This document shows positions 7,611-11,641 of a stretch of DNA of 11,641 bases, in pieces. The DNA lies in assembly GCA_964534375.1 (NCBI GenBank), contig CAZHPN010000182.1:1-11641 (forward strand), read 5' to 3'. The stretch comes from an uncultured bacterium. GTDB taxonomy: Bacteria > Lernaellota > Lernaellaia > Lernaellales > Lernaellaceae. Under the pieces are notes generated by a model. It was given only the letters and a program-made list of their open reading frames with translations, was not told the DNA's origin and made no database searches. Each line of letters opens with the position of its first letter. Position 1 is the stretch's first letter. The translations under genes were made by a program, and so were the position numbers.

Positions 7611-8183
7611 ATGAGCGCAAAGAAAAGCGGTTTCCCATCGTTTAATGAATTTGGCTTGCTTCCCGTGGGAACGCACGCCGCGACGATCGAAACGTTGAAG
7701 AAGAGCGTTTTGGTGGTGGGGCTCCCGGATAGTGGCGCGGGGATCAGCATTGTGCGACTCTGTTTGGTCAACTACCTAAAGCATCTGGCCGATGATCTCT
7801 GGAGAGCCGACATTTACGAGATCTACGTGGGCGGCCCGTTCGTGACGGACGTCGCTGAGCCGGACGAAATGCCTGTGGTTTTTGTTTGCGATTTGCACGA
7901 ATTCGCCAGCGAGTCCATTCAAGCGAACCTGAACGCGCGGTATCCGGAGCCAATTTGGACATGGGATGAGAAATCTTCGAACAAGGCCGCACGGCCAGGC
8001 GGAAAAGCCCTTAAGTCGCCCCTGTGGAATCGTTATCGCGCGGAACTTTATCCCATATTCGTGGGCTCAAACGGCAAGGAACTCGATCCGCTCAATCTTC
8101 GACGGTGGCTGACCCTCGATCTTCCGTCCGGCCGCGAGAAGGGCATCGTCAGGCTCCTGCCGTCGAGGAAGAAGGGGATGTGA
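7611..8183 (+). CDS. DUF6932-like protein (pol-beta nucleotidyltransferase fold) with a degenerate active-site motif, 190 aa
   Basis: The N-terminal FPSFNEFGLLPVGTHAATIE, central EIYVGGPFVT..EP and C-terminal REKGIVRL match the DUF6932 pattern as I recall it (P.F...GLLP.G.H..T..E / DGSFV..K..P.DID / KGI..L). GGAG RBS at 7600-7603. An in-frame ATG at 7575 sits at the predicted transcription start and is an alternative start. Confidence 0.75.
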   Translation: MSAKKSGFPSFNEFGLLPVGTHAATIETLKKSVLVVGLPDSGAGISIVRLCLVNYLKHLADDLWRADIYEIYVGGPFVTDVAEPDEMPVVFVCDLHEFASESIQANLNARYPEPIWTWDEKSSNKAARPGGKALKSPLWNRYRAELYPIFVGSNGKELDPLNLRRWLTLDLPSGREKGIVRLLPSRKKGM

Positions 8184-8185
8184 AG

Positions 8186-9253
8186 ATGACGACACTTGCG
8201 CATTGTCTATCGAAGATTTTGGAGTCTCGGCGAGATCAGGCGGTACGGTTGCGCGTTGATGCCGCCGGCGGCATCGTCAAGACCTGCGTGCTGCGAGACA
8301 TTTCTTCGCCGGCGGCACGTCCCGGAAGCGCTCGGGGCTATTACACACGCGGAGCAGGCGGCCGTATCGCCGCTATTGAGACGAGTTCGGGAACCCTCTG
8401 TGACTTGTTCGCGAGTTCCAACGGATACGAAATACGGTTGTTATTTCTTCATGCGCTCCTGCGCCATTGGCTGCTTGAGCGTGTTCGGCGCGAAAGAGGG
8501 ATGAGTTTGACGCGTGAGTGCGTGCGTGAGTTGGCGCGTGAGCGGTTTAGGGACCGGCCGGAAGGCCGTTCGCGGCTAGAACTGCTTCATTATTTGCCGG
8601 GTCTCGATTCGGGCGCGGCCGAAGAGCTTGACGGGGCCCGCACCTGTTCCGGGACGGGCGTACGTCTCTGCGGCCAAGCTCCGCCCCTGTTCGAAGCCCG
8701 GGTTTCTGATCGCCCTTCGATTTCCTGGGCAGTACCCGACGGCGCCTTTTGGCGCCTTTCCGCGAGATCGTTCCATAACGACGATCCCAAGCCCATTCGC
8801 AACGATGTCTATGACGCTGCGCTGGTATACGGGTATTGGTGCGCGTTGCTCGAAAACGCGGTTCCAACGCCGGGCCTTTTGATACTTGGTAGTGTGATGG
8901 TGGCCGTTTACCAGCAGACCAACCGCGCAGTTGGTCATTTGGTTCTCAACGTAGTTCCTTCCAAGCCGTTCAGGATGCCGTGTCCGATATATGTTTTTGG
9001 CAATAAGAAAATGAGCGGCGGTTCATTCGGCGAAGCTAAGGTCAAAGAAATGTGGCGTCGCAGACGCAGAGTGTTGCCGCCGCGACAGCTCATCCGGGAG
9101 TGCTCATATGAAGGTGCGGTCTCCGCGCGGATGCACGAACTTTACAAGCATCGCGGACGGCGGTCGGCCGTGAATCCTTGGTCCAACGATCGACCGCCAT
9201 TGGCGATATTCTCCGTCGCCGACAAAGGAGAGTCTGGAGGTTGTCATGATTAA
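8186..9253 (+). CDS. Hypothetical protein (355 aa), no recognisable family
   Basis: Uninterrupted 1068-nt ORF in lower-GC DNA. A purine-rich RBS (GAGGAAGAAGGGG) precedes GTG 8180 (overlapping the upstream stop, GTGA) and ATG 8186. Its stop TAA overlaps the start of the next gene (ATGATTAA, 8-bp overlap). Confidence 0.65.
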   Translation: MTTLAHCLSKILESRRDQAVRLRVDAAGGIVKTCVLRDISSPAARPGSARGYYTRGAGGRIAAIETSSGTLCDLFASSNGYEIRLLFLHALLRHWLLERVRRERGMSLTRECVRELARERFRDRPEGRSRLELLHYLPGLDSGAAEELDGARTCSGTGVRLCGQAPPLFEARVSDRPSISWAVPDGAFWRLSARSFHNDDPKPIRNDVYDAALVYGYWCALLENAVPTPGLLILGSVMVAVYQQTNRAVGHLVLNVVPSKPFRMPCPIYVFGNKKMSGGSFGEAKVKEMWRRRRRVLPPRQLIRECSYEGAVSARMHELYKHRGRRSAVNPWSNDRPPLAIFSVADKGESGGCHD

Positions 9254-9761
9254 GACCTCGAAGGAATATGCTCGCGCTCGCAAGCTCCATGACGAGCAAA
9301 AAGAAGCATTGGCCCAAGAAAAGATTCGACTCGAACACGAAGGTCTGAAGCGAAAGGAATTGGGGCGAGTCTGGTCCGCGTTAGAGGCGCCGTTGCGCAA
9401 TTTGGCTGCCGAGTTGAAAGAATATGAAGAACTTCGCGAGGGTCATCTCGAGGCGTGGGAGATTCCTTTCGAAAGTCTCGGTGTGTTCTTGATAAAGCTG
9501 CGGATTTCCCGGGGCCTGACCCAGCGAGAGTTGGCGAAACGATTGGCCGTACACGAAAGCCAGGTGTCGCGCGACGAGCGCAACGACTATCACGGAATCA
9601 CGGTCGAGCGCGCCCGGCGGATTCTCGAGATGCTCGGAACAGAGTATTTCGTCTGCGTGAAATCGCCCGGGAAACGGATAAAAGGAACGCCCCGTTCTCC
9701 GCATGGCGACGGATTGGAAACGCGGCGTGGGCGGCCGTTGCCCGCAGGCCGGCGGGCATAA
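9246..9761 (+). CDS. XRE-family helix-turn-helix transcriptional regulator, HigA-like antitoxin architecture
   Basis: N-terminal MIKTSKEY, a helical middle region, and HTH_3 LIKLRISRGLTQRELAKRLAVHESQVSRDERNDYHGITVERARRIL. Strong RBS GGAGG at 9236-9240. Confidence 0.92.
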   Translation: MIKTSKEYARARKLHDEQKEALAQEKIRLEHEGLKRKELGRVWSALEAPLRNLAAELKEYEELREGHLEAWEIPFESLGVFLIKLRISRGLTQRELAKRLAVHESQVSRDERNDYHGITVERARRILEMLGTEYFVCVKSPGKRIKGTPRSPHGDGLETRRGRPLPAGRRA

Positions 9762-9918
9762 CGGACGCGAGCGGCGCCCGGTCTGCGTCGCGGCGGCCCG
9801 CTTGCCAAAAAACCGCGAACCGATGACCGCGCCGAAATAGAACTGCGCGGTGATCGTCATCCGCAAATCGTCGCAGCTCGCGGCCGGCCGGCGGATTTCC
9901 CGACCTTCCGCCCTCGCC

Positions 9919-9969
9919 GTTCGTCGTTATCTTCCTTTTCAGCGATCGGAAAGGATGATGACCATGGAC
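9919..9969 (+). promoter_or_regulatory. RNA hairpin sequestering the SD and AUG of a small ORF upstream of treY
   Basis: 9926-9940 GTTATCTTCCTTTTC pairs with 9948-9962 GGAAAGGATGATGAC at 14 of 15 positions (two G.U pairs, one U-U mismatch, 7-nt loop). The stem can be extended over ATG 9964. Confidence 0.55.
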
Positions 9970-10056
9970 AGTGGTTCAACTGCCAGCCCGTTCGAAGCAG
10001 GCAGCGGGCCTGTCGTAGAAGCGCCTGCCTTCGCGCCTCTCGAGCGAGGGGCGTGA
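9964..10056 (+). CDS. Putative 30-aa leader peptide (uORF) coupled to treY
   Basis: SD AAGGA (9951-9955) lies 8 nt before ATG 9964, with in-frame ATGs also at 9955 and 9958. Peptide MDSGSTASPFEAGSGPVVEAPAFAPLERGA. Its stop TGA ends 1 nt before the treY ATG. Confidence 0.35.
   Translation: MDSGSTASPFEAGSGPVVEAPAFAPLERGA
10032..10055 (+). promoter_or_regulatory. Hairpin occluding the treY Shine-Dalgarno
   Basis: CGCGCCTCTC-gagc-GAGGGGCGTG forms a 10-bp stem (two G.U pairs) containing the SD GAGGGG (10046-10051). Confidence 0.5.
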
Positions 10057-10057
10057 C

Positions 10058-11641
10058 ATGCGCCGGCCGCCAGGGGCCACGTACCGTCTGCAGTTCCACG
10101 CCGGCTTCGCTTTCCAAGATGCCGCGGCCATCGCCGATTACCTAGCCGCATTGGGCGTCAGCCACGTGTACTGCTCGCCGTATTTGCAGGCCGCTCCGGG
10201 CAGCACGCACGGGTACGACGTGGTGGACCCGACGCGCGTCAACGAGGAACTCGGCGGCGCCGCGGGGCACGACCTCATGCGCCAGGCGTTCGAGCGGGCC
10301 GGGCTCGGGCAGGTGCTGGACATCGTGCCGAACCACATGGCGATCACCGGCCGGGAAAACGCGTGGTGGTGGGACGTGCTGGAAAACGGTCCGGCCAGCC
10401 GGTACGCCTCGTATTTCGACGTGGATTGGTTCCCGCCCGAGGCGCGGCTCTCCAACAAGGTGCTGCTGCCGATTCTCGGCGATCATTACGGCCGCGTCAT
10501 CGACGCCGGCGAAATCCGTATCCGCCGCCAGAGCGCCGATCTCACGATTGCCTACTATGATAAACGTTTTCCCATCGCGCCGCGATCGATCGGCGTCATC
10601 CTCGAACGCGCCGCCGCCCGCGATCATTCCGCGGAGCTTGCGTACCTGGCCGACGCCTTTGCGAGCCTGCCGCCCTCGTTTGCCACCGACCGGACGAGCA
10701 CGGCCCGCCGCCACCGCGACAAGCAGGTGCTGCGCGAACTCCTGGAGCGCCTGTTGGAGAGGCGGCACGAGGCGGCGATTCCGGTCGATGCCGCGATCGC
10801 GGAGTTCAACGCGAACCCCGACGAACTCAGCGCGCTCCTGGATCGCCAGAACTACCGCCTCGCCTTCTGGAAAATCGCCCGGTCCGATTTGGGATATCGC
10901 CGGTTCTTCGACGTGAACTCGCTGGTCGGCCTGCGGACCGAGGATGAATCGGTTTTCGCCGACACGCACGCGCTGGCGATCGCCTGGCTGCAACGGGGCG
11001 TGCTCGACGGCGTGCGCGTCGATCACCCGGACGGGCTGCAAGACCCGCAGGAGTATTTCCACCGCCTGCGCGCCGCCGCGCCCGACGCCTGGATCGTCGC
11101 CGAGAAGATCCTCGCCCGCAAGGAAGCGTTGCCGGCCGCGTGGGAAGTGGACGGCACGACCGGCTACGATTTTATGAACCTCGTGGGCGGGCTCTTCGTC
11201 GACCCGGGCGGGGAAAAGCCGCTCACGGAATTCTACGCGGCGTTCACGGGCGAGACCGCCGATTACGCCGCGCTGGTTCACGAAAAAAAACACCTCGTGT
11301 TGCGGGAGCTGTTCGGCAGCGACTTCAACCGGCTCGCCGAACTGCTGTTGCAAATCGGCGAGCGGCATCGCGCCTTTCGCGACTACGGCCGCGACGAAAT
11401 CAACGGGCTGCTGCGCGAGGCGGCCGCCTGCTTTCCGGTTTATCGCAGCTACGTGCGGCCGGCCGCGGGGCAGATCGCGGACGCCGATCGCCAGGCGATT
11501 GCCGCCGCGACGGCCGCGGCGCGGGATCGCCGGCCGGACCTCGACCCGTTGCTCTTCGATTTCCTGCAGGACCTGCTGACGTTGCAGCGGCGCGGCGAGT
11601 TGGAAAACGAATTGGTCATTCGTTTCCAGCAGGCGACGCCG
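10058..11641 (+). CDS. treY: Malto-oligosyltrehalose synthase (GH13), 3'-truncated by the window edge
   Basis: ATG 10058 gives MRRPPGATYRLQFHAGFAFQDAAAIADYLAALGVSHVYCSPYLQAAPGSTHGYDVVDP, then DIVPNHM, WWWDVLENG, YFDVDW, QNYRLAFW, YRRFFDVNSLVGLR, DGVRVDHPDGL, IVAEKIL, GTTGYDF, FPVYRSY and RFQQ. These motifs are all in one frame out to the window end. Confidence 0.96.
   Translation, partial: MRRPPGATYRLQFHAGFAFQDAAAIADYLAALGVSHVYCSPYLQAAPGSTHGYDVVDPTRVNEELGGAAGHDLMRQAFERAGLGQVLDIVPNHMAITGRENAWWWDVLENGPASRYASYFDVDWFPPEARLSNKVLLPILGDHYGRVIDAGEIRIRRQSADLTIAYYDKRFPIAPRSIGVILERAAARDHSAELAYLADAFASLPPSFATDRTSTARRHRDKQVLRELLERLLERRHEAAIPVDAAIAEFNANPDELSALLDRQNYRLAFWKIARSDLGYRRFFDVNSLVGLRTEDESVFADTHALAIAWLQRGVLDGVRVDHPDGLQDPQEYFHRLRAAAPDAWIVAEKILARKEALPAAWEVDGTTGYDFMNLVGGLFVDPGGEKPLTEFYAAFTGETADYAALVHEKKHLVLRELFGSDFNRLAELLLQIGERHRAFRDYGRDEINGLLREAAACFPVYRSYVRPAAGQIADADRQAIAAATAAARDRRPDLDPLLFDFLQDLLTLQRRGELENELVIRFQQATP

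Noticed and set aside
7333..7614. 93-aa ORF and other short ORFs in the GH2-islet intergenic region
   Set aside because: They run through the promoter/operator and show no coding-like composition or motifs.
8024..8179. N-terminal extension of the unknown ORF (409-aa version)
   Set aside because: It overlaps the DUF6932-like gene by about 160 bp. The RBS and stop/start overlap point to 8180/8186.
8435..8476. LLFLHALLRHWLL in the unknown protein resembles the ImmA/IrrE HExxH zinc-peptidase motif, tempting beside an XRE gene
   Set aside because: There is no catalytic Glu, the His spacing is HxxxxH rather than HExxH, and the downstream E-x-x-A-N motif is not evident.
10142..11368. 408-aa ORF on the - strand, the longest track entry in this region
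   Set aside because: It is antisense to treY, which is unambiguous on the + strand and missing from the track only because its stop lies outside the window.
1..11641. CRISPR arrays, tRNA/rRNA genes, integrases or transposases
   Set aside because: I found no regularly spaced repeats, no cloverleaf with a T-loop consensus, and no recombinase or DDE motifs by eye.

Overview
This is a high-GC bacterial window with every credible gene on the + strand. Most of it is a carbohydrate/osmoprotection neighbourhood: the 3' part of opgH/mdoH (periplasmic glucan glucosyltransferase), an exported GH144/glycoamylase-type (putative beta-1,2-glucanase) gene, a small secreted beta-rich protein, a lipoprotein GH13 enzyme, an exported GH2 enzyme, and the 5' part of treY (malto-oligosyltrehalose synthase; absent from the ORF track because it runs off the end). 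Between the GH2 gene and treY lies a lower-GC islet of about 2.2 kb with a near-consensus sigma70 promoter overlapped by a 20-bp palindrome. It drives three tightly coupled genes: a DUF6932-like nucleotidyltransferase-fold protein with a degenerate catalytic motif, a 355-aa protein I cannot assign, and a HigA-like XRE regulator. The strongest candidates for something new are this three-gene TA/defence-like module and a treY leader in which two hairpins hide the ribosome-binding sites of a 30-codon uORF and of treY itself. All family calls come from motif recognition by eye; no searches were run.
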